Positions 48,800 to 58,031 of a stretch of 64,000 bases of DNA are shown one piece after another (position 1 is the stretch's first letter; each line of letters begins with the position of its first letter). The translations under genes and the position numbers were made by a program. Where the stretch lies: positions 3,712 to 67,711 of the forward strand of contig JAGLYV010000078.1 in assembly GCA_023131975.1 (NCBI GenBank), written 5' to 3'. The notes under the pieces are model-generated. The model did no database searches. It was not told the origin of the DNA and was given only the letters and a program-made list of their open reading frames with translations. This DNA is from Candidatus Krumholzibacteriia bacterium (lineage in GTDB: Bacteria > Krumholzibacteriota > Krumholzibacteriia > Krumholzibacteriales > Krumholzibacteriaceae).

Positions 48800-50065
48800 T
48801 TATCTTCCAAATACAATTCTTGACCACCATCTGTGACACGACTCAGCTCCATCATTCCAATCTCCACCTGAATACGGAAAGCCCCCGGGCGGACTGACAT
48901 CGAGATTCCCTGTCCCATTTCTGGCCAGAACGGCTAGTAAGTGAAGCGACGCTGCTCTGACTATTCCAGCAGGAGTGCTGGAAAATAGCGCCCTCCCCAG
49001 AAATGCCGCGGTCCGAACCATATTCACTCTACCGATCCTGGCAGCAATCGGTTTCCAGGACCTCATCCAGTCTATTATCCCATGCCTGTCGGACCGGAAA
49101 ACGGCAACAGGCTGTAATCCTTTCCATGTCAATGGCACCCTGGCATCCTTGTCTAGAGCTGCCGCGCATTTTCCCCATACCTCGAGAATATCTTCAGCGC
49201 ATTCAAGATACATCTCCCTGAATTCACAATCCTGGACCTCGAGTATATCAAGGGAAGGATTAATCTTGAAGACACTCCATTTTCTCGTTTTCCTGACCAT
49301 AGCTTTCGTAATAAGGTTCCTGCAAGGGATCGAATCACATTTTTCATCGATAGATATCCATCTTTTCTGGTATCCGCTCACATACTCTTTCGAAACTATG
49401 AGTATGCCGGTCAGGATATCGGTATATACCCGCGCGATATTATAGAAAAAACCATAGATCTCATCTTCTCCTTCGGGATTATTCTCCGGCCAGCATGACA
49501 GAAGTGAGGCCATCCTGTTTTCAAGGAGAAGCAATCCCTCACTGACTTCGATATCACCCGTATTGAAAGAAGGCAGCATGTCGAGGATCATTTCTTTCCC
49601 GTATAGAATATGGCCGTGATTCTTCAGTACAAATACTCCGGGAGAAGGAGAAAAAGATCCCAGCTCATCAACATGAACAATGCCGACATCCACCCTTCCA
49701 AGAAAAGTCGCTTCTGGAATCAATCCCTCGCATGCCTCTCCCAGTTCTTTTCTGAGAGCAAGCGATTCAAGAAGCTTCTCCCTAGAATTCAGGACGACAA
49801 GCAGGTCTATATCCGAGAGAAAAATCGGGTTTCCACTCTCAAATGAAATAGTACCCTCTCCAAGGGCGAAACTTCCTCCCAGAATGATCGCCTCTGTATT
49901 ATCAAGTCCGATATTGTCGGAAAGAAGGGATCCGCATTCTCGAAGAAAACCATGAAAATGTTCGAGATACCAGGCAGACGCGGGATTGCCGGAATCTTTC
50001 TCATCCAGCCTGAAAAACCCGCATTCATTATACGGGTCGTTATCGTGATTATCTCTACCTGGCAA
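48800..50065 (-). CDS. Nucleotidyltransferase-fold protein (Pol-beta superfamily; LicD-like phosphotransferase or other NTase) with large C-terminal region
   Basis: ILGGSFALGEGTISFESGNPIFLSDIDLLVVL matches the hG[GS]x(9-13)[DS]hDh NTase signature. A downstream acidic residue lies in VGIVHVDEL. 421 aa. Its start abuts the BY-kinase stop. Confidence 0.45.
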   Translation of the reverse strand: MPGRDNHDNDPYNECGFFRLDEKDSGNPASAWYLEHFHGFLRECGSLLSDNIGLDNTEAIILGGSFALGEGTISFESGNPIFLSDIDLLVVLNSREKLLESLALRKELGEACEGLIPEATFLGRVDVGIVHVDELGSFSPSPGVFVLKNHGHILYGKEMILDMLPSFNTGDIEVSEGLLLLENRMASLLSCWPENNPEGEDEIYGFFYNIARVYTDILTGILIVSKEYVSGYQKRWISIDEKCDSIPCRNLITKAMVRKTRKWSVFKINPSLDILEVQDCEFREMYLECAEDILEVWGKCAAALDKDARVPLTWKGLQPVAVFRSDRHGIIDWMRSWKPIAARIGRVNMVRTAAFLGRALFSSTPAGIVRAASLHLLAVLARNGTGNLDVSPPGGFPYSGGDWNDGAESCHRWWSRIVFGR

Positions 50066-50830
50066 TTATACCCGCCTGTATATGAACTCGGGGATATAGT
50101 ATTTTTTCTTATTCAAAACAGAACCTATGAATTCTCCATCCAGCTTCTCGATCATAGTCATCGCTCTCTTTATTACTTCCCTCTTCGTCCTGCCCGCCTC
50201 GACGACTATAACAATGCCAGTAGAGAGTGCCCCGATGATCGGCGTCTCAGGAGCCTCAAGTATCGCTGATGTATCTATAAGCACATAGTCATAATGCTCC
50301 GCGACAGCATTGATAAAACTTTTCATCCGCTCGGAATTGAATAGCGGTTGGGTAATATCCGCGCTTCTTGTCGTCCCGATCGTGATAATATCCATCACAC
50401 CCTCGTCCAGGACAGTGATCACTTCTGAAAGTTCAGCTTCACCCGACAGCAGATCGAGAATACCTTTCTCATTGCTGACACCGAAGAGGTCATGAAGCTG
50501 CGGGTTGTTGACCGCGCAATCGATTATCAGTACCCTGTCCACTTCTCCCAGGGCCAGCACCCTGGCAAGATATGCGGAGATCATCGTCTTACCTTCACCC
50601 CCGACAGCACTCGTAAACATCACAACTCGCGAATCGCGGTTCTTGATCTCGGAATCGATGGCATTACGGAGGTTCAACAGTGATCTTCGAAAATCTTTGT
50701 CCAGCCCCTTCATGAAGCTGGTCTCACCCCTGCTGGATACACGTTTGGCGGGTTTCGGTCTCAACACTTTTCCCGAACCGGTCTTTTTTGCGGTCTCCGC
50801 TTTTCTCAGGGCATCGAATATCTTACTCAA
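50066..50830 (-). CDS. BY-kinase (CpsD/CapB/Wzc-C-domain-like tyrosine autokinase ATPase)
   Basis: Has Walker A FTSAVGGEGKT, Walker A' VLIIDCAV, Walker B DYVLIDTSAIL and a C-terminal Tyr-rich tail KKKYYIPEFIYRRV. Confidence 0.75.
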   Translation of the reverse strand: MSKIFDALRKAETAKKTGSGKVLRPKPAKRVSSRGETSFMKGLDKDFRRSLLNLRNAIDSEIKNRDSRVVMFTSAVGGEGKTMISAYLARVLALGEVDRVLIIDCAVNNPQLHDLFGVSNEKGILDLLSGEAELSEVITVLDEGVMDIITIGTTRSADITQPLFNSERMKSFINAVAEHYDYVLIDTSAILEAPETPIIGALSTGIVIVVEAGRTKREVIKRAMTMIEKLDGEFIGSVLNKKKYYIPEFIYRRV

Positions 50831-50858
50831 GTGTTTTCCCTTCGCCGTGGAAAGGCCC

Positions 50859-51704
50859 CTACATCGGCCCGTTCCTTCGATCCATCACCGGACTTTCCTT
50901 GCTTTCCAGATCCCGTATTCCCTCTCGTACGATCTTGCCGCTGATAGTCCTTGTGTTGGCCACATACCCAAGAAGAAGCACCCTGTCACACAACACATTG
51001 ATAAGCCTGGGCGTCCCGCCTGAATAATGGTAGATCTCCTCTAGAGCATCATCCGTAAAAACCGGCCCTCCGTTATTAACAGAGGCGATCTCCAGTCTGT
51101 ATTTGATATATTTAATGACGTCCTCTCGACTCAGCATGGGTATCCTGCATACCCCAGGTATCCTTTGACGCAGTTGCCGCAGTTCGTTGAGGTTGAGAAT
51201 ATTTTCGAGTTCCGGTTGACCGACAAGCATAATCTGGATCAACTTCCTATCACGAGTCTCAAGATTTGAAAGCATCCGCAATTCTTCCAGGACTTCGGGA
51301 GAAAGATTCTGTGCCTCATCGATTATCAGTACCGTATTCCTGTTGTTTTCATATTGGGAGATGAGAAAACGGTTCAGGGCCAGAAGCATCTGGGCCTTGT
51401 TCATATTTTCAGCGTCTATTCCAAAATCATTACAGATCAGGTACAGCAGCTGATCGAAAGGGAAAAGGGTGGAAAAAACAAAAGCCACCTCGAGCGAAGG
51501 CTGGAAAAGGTCGATAAACGCGTTCACTACCGTTGTCTTCCCTACGCCGACCTCACCGGTGACAGCGATGAATCCCTTTTTCTGGAATACCCCATAGGTA
51601 ATATACGCAAGCGCGTCCCTGTGGCTCTCGCTCCTGTACAGAAACCTGGGATCAGGAGTGACGTTGAATGGCAGTTCTTTGAATCCGTAATAATTTTCGT
51701 ACAT
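50859..51704 (-). CDS. ExeA/GspA-like AAA ATPase of the type associated with EPS/PEP-CTERM loci
   Basis: Has an N-terminal FxLxxxPF..PDPRFLY box, a Walker A GEVGVGKTT and Walker B LIIDEAQNL. Confidence 0.65.
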   Translation of the reverse strand: MYENYYGFKELPFNVTPDPRFLYRSESHRDALAYITYGVFQKKGFIAVTGEVGVGKTTVVNAFIDLFQPSLEVAFVFSTLFPFDQLLYLICNDFGIDAENMNKAQMLLALNRFLISQYENNRNTVLIIDEAQNLSPEVLEELRMLSNLETRDRKLIQIMLVGQPELENILNLNELRQLRQRIPGVCRIPMLSREDVIKYIKYRLEIASVNNGGPVFTDDALEEIYHYSGGTPRLINVLCDRVLLLGYVANTRTISGKIVREGIRDLESKESPVMDRRNGPM

Positions 51705-51709
51705 AGCTT

Positions 51710-53074
51710 TTATTTACTGTCAAGGTCAGGGAAGCTTGAAAGCACCTGGAACCCCAGCGCATCCTCAGCTTCGTTTACATTCTTTATCGAGTGATCCAGA
51801 TTATCCATGAAAAAAGCGAACCCCAGCGCTATGATAAGGCTGAAAAGAGGTCCGAGTGCCATCCGGACATAATCCCTCGTCTTCTTCTGATAAGCCCTGG
51901 TCGCCGGAGCAAGGATCGTAATCGACCATTCGGGATTACTGGCCATATTGATCCTGGAATTCAGATGCTGTTCCTGGAGCAGATCGAGCCTTTCCTCCAG
52001 AATCTCAAGGGTCTTGTTTATCCGGTGAAGCTCGCCCTCCTTCTCCGGATAGGATATCTTTTCCCCGTCCATGACAGCCATGAGGTTGACCAGGTTCTCT
52101 TCACGGCTGGTCACGATATCGAGTCTCTTTTTCTGAATCTCTACAGAGGCCTGTATTTCAACCTCCATGTAGGAAAGCACGTCCTCTATCTGCCACCTCA
52201 CCGTTTTCATCTCCATATGATCATCGGTATATTTTACGGCGAGTTCCGATTCGCTAATTCTCAATTTGACCAACTGTTCCGTATACTGTTCAAGCTTGGA
52301 CTTTCTGTTCAGATCACCCGTAAGCACGCTGGTGATAGTAGCCATCTGTTCGACTCCGACCGACTCGAACTCCTCCAGATTTTCGATGATCCCCACCAGC
52401 TGTATCTTTTCGTCTCTCACCTCATCCAGATCGCTCCGATAACCTTCCAGCCTGGTCAAAGTGTTTCTCACCTGGGACTGAATGTCAACCAGGCCCCATT
52501 TCTTCTCCATCCTTGTTTTCCTCTCTCTCCAGTATTCGATATCGGTTTTTACCGAATTCATCTCGGAAGAGAAAAAATCCTCCATCTCGGGAGGAGTACG
52601 GACCATCTGATAATATTCCTTGTACGAGTTTATTATCGCATTGACCGAGGCTTCACAGAATACGGGATGAAGTCCCGAATATGAGACCCAGAGAACGTTC
52701 GAGGTAGCAATAACACCGGACTGGACCCTTTCAAAGTCTATTTTTTCTGAACTGGAATAACCCTCTGGGAGAAAATCAACGACAAGCTCCCTCGCACGAT
52801 CGATAACGACCTGGGATTTGACCATCTCGATCTGGGAAGATATCTCCTCTTCCCATGTCAGAGTCCGTACATTATTATTGAACACGCCACTCGCTTCCCC
52901 ACGCCTGACGAGCATTTTCCCTGTCGATTCGAATATGGCCGACTCTCTCAGATTCAGGCCGATGACAAGGGTCGTGGAAACAAGGACAACACCCAGAATA
53001 ATCCATTTTCTTCTGAAAATGACTTCGAGAAAATCCTTTATGGTCGATTCTTTCTGTACAGTTTTTTTTTCCAT
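51710..53074 (-). CDS. Polysaccharide co-polymerase / chain-length determinant (Wzz/GumC/EpsF-like PCP)
   Basis: Has an N-terminal TM (WIILGVVLVSTTLVIGL), a long coiled-coil periplasmic region and a C-terminal TM (LGPLFSLIIALGFAFFM). Confidence 0.75.
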   Translation of the reverse strand: MEKKTVQKESTIKDFLEVIFRRKWIILGVVLVSTTLVIGLNLRESAIFESTGKMLVRRGEASGVFNNNVRTLTWEEEISSQIEMVKSQVVIDRARELVVDFLPEGYSSSEKIDFERVQSGVIATSNVLWVSYSGLHPVFCEASVNAIINSYKEYYQMVRTPPEMEDFFSSEMNSVKTDIEYWRERKTRMEKKWGLVDIQSQVRNTLTRLEGYRSDLDEVRDEKIQLVGIIENLEEFESVGVEQMATITSVLTGDLNRKSKLEQYTEQLVKLRISESELAVKYTDDHMEMKTVRWQIEDVLSYMEVEIQASVEIQKKRLDIVTSREENLVNLMAVMDGEKISYPEKEGELHRINKTLEILEERLDLLQEQHLNSRINMASNPEWSITILAPATRAYQKKTRDYVRMALGPLFSLIIALGFAFFMDNLDHSIKNVNEAEDALGFQVLSSFPDLDSK

Positions 53075-53079
53075 TATCT

Positions 53080-53868
53080 TTATCTCGCCTGTCCAGATGA
53101 CTTATAGAAGTCATAAACGGCCTTTACGTTAGCAACATTCCATCCCTTCAGATAGACATCCATCGGCTTGAGAAGTATAGCTGAGAAACTCTCGATAAAA
53201 TCCTCCGTCGAAGCAAGTCTGGATTTGGGAACCATCACTATATCGAACGGCCTCATGGGTACATCCAGATCGTACCTGTTATCGTCGATTATTCTGTCTA
53301 CATCCACCTCGATACCGACTATGTGGTTCCAGTCCAATCTCCGTACGATAACAACACCATTCCTCTTCGCGCTGTCCCTGAGGCCGCTTCCCATCGCGAG
53401 AGCACTCATCAGAGTCAGTCCCTTCTGATACCTGTAACCTCCCGGATTACCGACTTGTCCCATCACATAGATCATCTGAGGTTCGAATTCACGTATTATA
53501 ACGGTAATTTCAGGGGCACGGAGAATCTCCGAGAACTTCATGGTCAACAGACTATCGACCTGAGAAACAGTCTTTCCAGCGACGACAACATCCCCGATGT
53601 AGGGATATGATATCCTTCCATCGGGCCTGACCTTGACGGCCTCTCTGGAATATTTTTCATTGTAGAAAAAATGCACATCTACTACGTCACCATAGCCGAT
53701 ATAGTACTCATCCATCCATGGTCCGGACGGGAGGCTATCAGCACTAAACGGCAGTTTTTCTACCTCCCCACCCCTGTTTACGACCAGCCGGTTTCCACCA
53801 CCGCACCCCGTACACAGGACAAGCAGAGCGCACAATACGGCACCAAATATAACCGCGGTATAGCGCAT
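53080..53868 (-). CDS. Wza/GumB/EpsE-like polysaccharide export lipoprotein (Poly_export + SLBB)
   Basis: Has a lipobox (AVLCALLVLCTGC), a PES-like motif region (YYIGYGDVVDVHFF) and an SLBB (IYVMGQVGNPGGYRY). Start chosen at the internal ATG that gives the signal peptide. Confidence 0.7.
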   Translation of the reverse strand: MRYTAVIFGAVLCALLVLCTGCGGGNRLVVNRGGEVEKLPFSADSLPSGPWMDEYYIGYGDVVDVHFFYNEKYSREAVKVRPDGRISYPYIGDVVVAGKTVSQVDSLLTMKFSEILRAPEITVIIREFEPQMIYVMGQVGNPGGYRYQKGLTLMSALAMGSGLRDSAKRNGVVIVRRLDWNHIVGIEVDVDRIIDDNRYDLDVPMRPFDIVMVPKSRLASTEDFIESFSAILLKPMDVYLKGWNVANVKAVYDFYKSSGQAR

Positions 53869-53988
53869 TTCACCTCTCATATCTCTAACCATGACACTCG
53901 ACCCTGCTGAATCTGTAAGTCGGCGCAAATCTACCTGTTTAGGTGTAATTTGTCAAACAAGAATTAGGGCAAGATACATGCCAGAACG

Positions 53989-54681
53989 TCAATAAGCCCC
54001 TTTCCTGGCGATTACGGCGGGGATTGTCCTGATGATGATCATCATGTCCGTCATGAGGCTCCGTTTCCTGATGTACTCCAAATCAAGCCGCATCCATTCC
54101 TGAAACCCGATATGGCTTCTACCTGATATCTGCCAGAAACACGTTATCCCTGGAATGACATCAAGCCGTTTCTTCTGCCAGGGCAGATAATGAGCCACTT
54201 CCGAAGGCAGGTTGGGCCGCGGCCCGACAATACTCATATCTCCTTTAATAACATTGAATAATTGGGGCAGCTCGTCGAGGCTTGACCTCCGGAGAAACCT
54301 TCCGACCCTTGTTACGCGCGGATCCTCTTTCAGCTTAAATATGGGGCCGTCGACTCCACTGAGTGGTCTCAGAACCCCGACTACATTCTCGGCGCCTGTG
54401 AACATCGATCGGAACTTGTAAAAATCGAATGATTTGCCATCCTTCCCGACTCTCTTCTGTTTGAAGAGGATATGTCCGGGAGAATCGAGTTTTATCAATA
54501 TTATTATCACGGGTATCACAGGCAGGAAAAAGATCAGGATAGCAATCGCAACAATCACATCGAATATCCTCTTTAAAACCACGAAGCTCAGACGATCATG
54601 AACATCGGGGATATCGACATGTGTGATCAAGGATCCCTCTGCTGTCTGTATTATCTCTTTCACCTCGGGAATTCCACTCAT
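53989..54681 (-). CDS. Initiating phosphoglycosyl transferase (bacterial sugar transferase; EpsL/WbaP C-domain-like)
   Basis: KFRSM...DPRVTRVGRFLRRSSLDELPQLFNVIKGDMSIVGPRP. Start placed at the ATG preceded by GGGAGGAAAA. Confidence 0.8.
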   Translation of the reverse strand: MSGIPEVKEIIQTAEGSLITHVDIPDVHDRLSFVVLKRIFDVIVAIAILIFFLPVIPVIIILIKLDSPGHILFKQKRVGKDGKSFDFYKFRSMFTGAENVVGVLRPLSGVDGPIFKLKEDPRVTRVGRFLRRSSLDELPQLFNVIKGDMSIVGPRPNLPSEVAHYLPWQKKRLDVIPGITCFWQISGRSHIGFQEWMRLDLEYIRKRSLMTDMMIIIRTIPAVIARKGAY

Positions 54682-55030
54682 TTTTCCTCCCAAAAAAACC
54701 CAGGCCACTTCCTTCAGCCCGGGTTTCAAGACACACAAAAACGCCTGCCATAGAAACTCACTTCAAACCATCAGGTTCCAGCACTGAAGTAAATATCTAT
54801 AGCAAACGTTTCCTCGTACACCTCCCTGTACTGAGAGAATACTATCACAAATCGCCTGATACTGTCAACACTTAATAAGAAAACATGATGGCGAGAAACC
54901 GGTTCATAAGCGAGGGCTCGCCCATAACATCTTTGTCTTGTAAACCTTTCTGACAACCGACATAATTACGACTCAAGTACTTTTGTGCCCAATACTTGCA
55001 TCTTTCCGCAGGATCTGAAAGGAACAGGCA

Positions 55031-56200
55031 GTGCCGATGACCGATAGCAACGACAAGATAAGGATCTGCATGATGATGCCGAAATGCCATATCGGCGGAG
55101 CCGAAGTGCAGGTCATGGGTCTTCTGAAGAATATAGATAGATCCAGATTCGCCGTATCCCTCTGCCTCTTTAACCATGGTATCAAGAGCATGGAAATAGA
55201 AGCAGCGAAGCATGCTGCGGACGTTCAATATCTCGGTTTCAGATGGAGATACTTCCCCGTCGTCTTTCTGAAGATGGTGAAATACCTTCGACACGGTAGA
55301 TTCGATGTCGTTCACGCTCATCTCGCCTGGGCTGGTCTTGTCGGAAGGTTAGCGGCCTGGGTTGCCGGCGTTCCAGTCCGTATCACGACCGAACATGGGA
55401 AGGGACTCTGGAAATCACCTTTCCAGGTGTTGATCGAGAAAGCGATGAACAGGATCACTGATATGAGGATATGTGTAAGCAGGGATATCTTCAGAATCCG
55501 AAGAGACCGTGAAGGCACTCCGGAAGAAAAACTGGTCTATATACCCAACGGAGTCGATCCTGAAGCCTTTAGCGCAAGTGGTGCAAAAAAAGGAATTATG
55601 GAGGAATTCGACTGGTCCCCCTCTGCCCCACTGATCCTGTCGATCGGCAGGATCGTAGAGGCAAAGAACTACCCCCTGCTGGTAGAAGCTTTTTCAATAC
55701 TACTTAAGAGCGTTCCGCACGCGAAATGTATCATTGTGGGGGAAGGGCCTTGCCAGCCCGAAGTGGAGGCAGCTATCGAAAGATACAGTGTTGGAGCCAG
55801 TATAAGGCTTGCCGGGACGAGAAGAGATATTCCGGCCTTCTTCGATGCTGCTGACACCTTTGTTCTTTCATCGGTCAGGGAAGGCCTTCCCGTCACTCTC
55901 CTTGAGGCGATGGCCGCAGGAACTCCCATTGTAGCAACCGATGCAGGAGGTATCCCGGAAGCTGTTACGGACGGCGAAAGCGCAATCCTCGTACAGTCTG
56001 GAGATGCGGGATCACTTGCAGAAGCGATGGCTATGGTTCTCGGAGATGATGCGACTGCGGACAGAATCTCTGCCTCGGCTCAAAGTGTAGTAAGGGAAAG
56101 ATTCAGTATCCAAAACACAACCCGCCGCGTAGAAGAGATCTATATTAGCAAACTGGTTTCTAAAAAGATAAAGCCGCCAGACCAGCTGACAAGAAAATAG
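55031..56200 (+). CDS. GT4 family glycosyltransferase
   Basis: 389 aa GT-B (IGGAEVQV N-domain; EAMAAGTPIVATDAGGIPE C-domain). GTG or ATG start (55031 or 55037). Confidence 0.8.
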   Translation: MPMTDSNDKIRICMMMPKCHIGGAEVQVMGLLKNIDRSRFAVSLCLFNHGIKSMEIEAAKHAADVQYLGFRWRYFPVVFLKMVKYLRHGRFDVVHAHLAWAGLVGRLAAWVAGVPVRITTEHGKGLWKSPFQVLIEKAMNRITDMRICVSRDIFRIRRDREGTPEEKLVYIPNGVDPEAFSASGAKKGIMEEFDWSPSAPLILSIGRIVEAKNYPLLVEAFSILLKSVPHAKCIIVGEGPCQPEVEAAIERYSVGASIRLAGTRRDIPAFFDAADTFVLSSVREGLPVTLLEAMAAGTPIVATDAGGIPEAVTDGESAILVQSGDAGSLAEAMAMVLGDDATADRISASAQSVVRERFSIQNTTRRVEEIYISKLVSKKIKPPDQLTRK

Positions 56201-56285
56201 TCGATTTGGATCAATAGCTGTTATAGTATTATGGTCCGTTATAATACTTTGACGATGGATTAATAATAAGAATGGAGATGTCATA

Positions 56286-58007
56286 ATGGTATTGCCTCTT
56301 TCGCCCTCGCTGGTAAGAAATGTCATATATCCCGTGTACAGGGGGTTTAGGGGAGACAGGCTTTTATCGACCCTCAATGAGTTGGAGAAGAACCAGTGGC
56401 TCTCGCTCCCCGAGATCGAGGATATCCAGTGGCGACGAATGAGTTCTTTCCTCAAAGAGATAACAGCCCACGTCCCCTATTACATGGATATTTTCAATGA
56501 ACTGGGGTTGAAGCCCGGGGACATTCAGAATCCGAACGATTTCATGCAATTACCTCTACTGGATAAATACGTAATCCGCCAGGAAGGCAAGCGGATGGTG
56601 ACCAACGATCCCGTGAAAAAGGGATACAAGGCGAGTACGGGAGGATCGACAGGAGAACCGCTCTATTTTTCCAATGACCTTTCCGCAGCTCCTATTCGGA
56701 GAGCGAATACCGCGAGAGGACACAGAATGGCCGGAATCGACATCGGTGATAAGCAGGCCTTTGTCTGGGGCTTTCCATTCGACATTCCACTCAAGGAGCG
56801 GATGGCAAGCACGGTCAGGAACTATTTTGCCAATATCACCTACCTTTCATCTTTCAATCTTTCAGAAAAAGCGATGGCGGATTACGCGGCGAAGCTAAAG
56901 AGGTACAAGCCGGCCCTTGTGATCGGATACCCTTCGGCCGTAACCTTCTTTGCCGAATTCCTCCGTATGAGGAATATTACCGGAATCCGGCCAAAAGCGG
57001 TCATCTCAAGTGGGGAAAAAATGTTCCCGCAGCAGAGAGAAACGCTCGAAGAAGTCTTCGGGTGCAGGGTCTTCGACCGCTATGGCAGTAATGAAGTCGG
57101 GAATGTCGCTCATGAATGCGATCAGCATAAGGGCCTTCATATATTCTCGGATCTTATCTACCTCGAGATACTCAGAGAAAACGGCCGTCCAGCCGAACCG
57201 GGCGAAGTAGGAGAACTTGTTATTACTGACCTGCTCAACCATTACATGCCGTTCGTCAGGTACAGGACCGGCGACATGGCAATCCTCAGCAGCAGGACAT
57301 GCGCATGCGGCAGGGGTCTACCGCTTCTCGAGCGGATAGAGGGCAGAACCTTCGACAATATAATGACTCCCGACGGACGGTCGATTGGCGGATACTTCTG
57401 GACTTATCTCTCAAGAGTGGTTCCAGGAATAAAGCAGTTCCAGGTCGAGCAAAAGCAACGAAGCTCCCTGGTCTTTAGAATTGTCCCGGGACCGGACTGG
57501 AACGACTCGTACAAGGAACGACTCATCAGCGAGATTAGCGAGAACATGGGCGAATCGGTCAAGGTAAAGATCGACAGGGTCGATGAGATTCCGCTCACTC
57601 CGGCGGGTAAGTTCAAATTCATCATCTCGAAGGTCGAGGAAAGACTCGTAGTTAAGTCAAAGATCCACAAGGCTGTCGTGACCAGAGTTGATCCGAACCA
57701 CATCGACTGCGTGATCATAGACGAGGATGTTCTCGAGATGAGCAACATAGCTCCCTGCGAAAGGGTCCTTATTGTCGACAACACCAATGGCGCAAGAGTC
57801 GAAACATTTGTCCTGAAAGGGAAAAAGGGAAGCGGAGAGCTGATATCCTGTGGAGCGGTAAGCAAACAGATCCACGATGGGGACGAGATAATTCTCATGG
57901 CTTTTACCTGGTCGGAAGAGACGCACGACCAGTTCACCAATATTCTTGTCGACGAAAAGAACAGATTCGTCCGTTACCTGACAGAAAAGGCGGGCGACAA
58001 GATCTAG
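56286..58007 (+). CDS. CapK/PaaK-like adenylate-forming enzyme fused to a C-terminal PanD-like (aspartate-1-decarboxylase fold) domain
   Basis: Residues 1 to about 450 are PaaK-like (STGGSTGEPL P-loop, etc.). Residues about 457 to 573 align across the full PanD length (KxH, TNGAR, GSGxLIxCGA, GDEIIL.AF). See the matching finding for the substituted catalytic residues. Confidence 0.6.
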   Translation: MVLPLSPSLVRNVIYPVYRGFRGDRLLSTLNELEKNQWLSLPEIEDIQWRRMSSFLKEITAHVPYYMDIFNELGLKPGDIQNPNDFMQLPLLDKYVIRQEGKRMVTNDPVKKGYKASTGGSTGEPLYFSNDLSAAPIRRANTARGHRMAGIDIGDKQAFVWGFPFDIPLKERMASTVRNYFANITYLSSFNLSEKAMADYAAKLKRYKPALVIGYPSAVTFFAEFLRMRNITGIRPKAVISSGEKMFPQQRETLEEVFGCRVFDRYGSNEVGNVAHECDQHKGLHIFSDLIYLEILRENGRPAEPGEVGELVITDLLNHYMPFVRYRTGDMAILSSRTCACGRGLPLLERIEGRTFDNIMTPDGRSIGGYFWTYLSRVVPGIKQFQVEQKQRSSLVFRIVPGPDWNDSYKERLISEISENMGESVKVKIDRVDEIPLTPAGKFKFIISKVEERLVVKSKIHKAVVTRVDPNHIDCVIIDEDVLEMSNIAPCERVLIVDNTNGARVETFVLKGKKGSGELISCGAVSKQIHDGDEIILMAFTWSEETHDQFTNILVDEKNRFVRYLTEKAGDKI

Positions 58008-58031
58008 CGGTGGAAGGATACCTAAGAAACC

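Noticed and set aside
51791-52684. 297-aa plus-strand ORF
   Set aside because: It is antisense to the PCP/chain-length-determinant gene, which has clear TM and coiled-coil architecture. It has no motif, so it is a shadow ORF.
54872-55321. 149-aa minus-strand ORF
   Set aside because: It overlaps the 5' end of the well-supported GT4 gene (55031..56200) and the divergent promoter region. It is His-rich and motif-less, so it is spurious.
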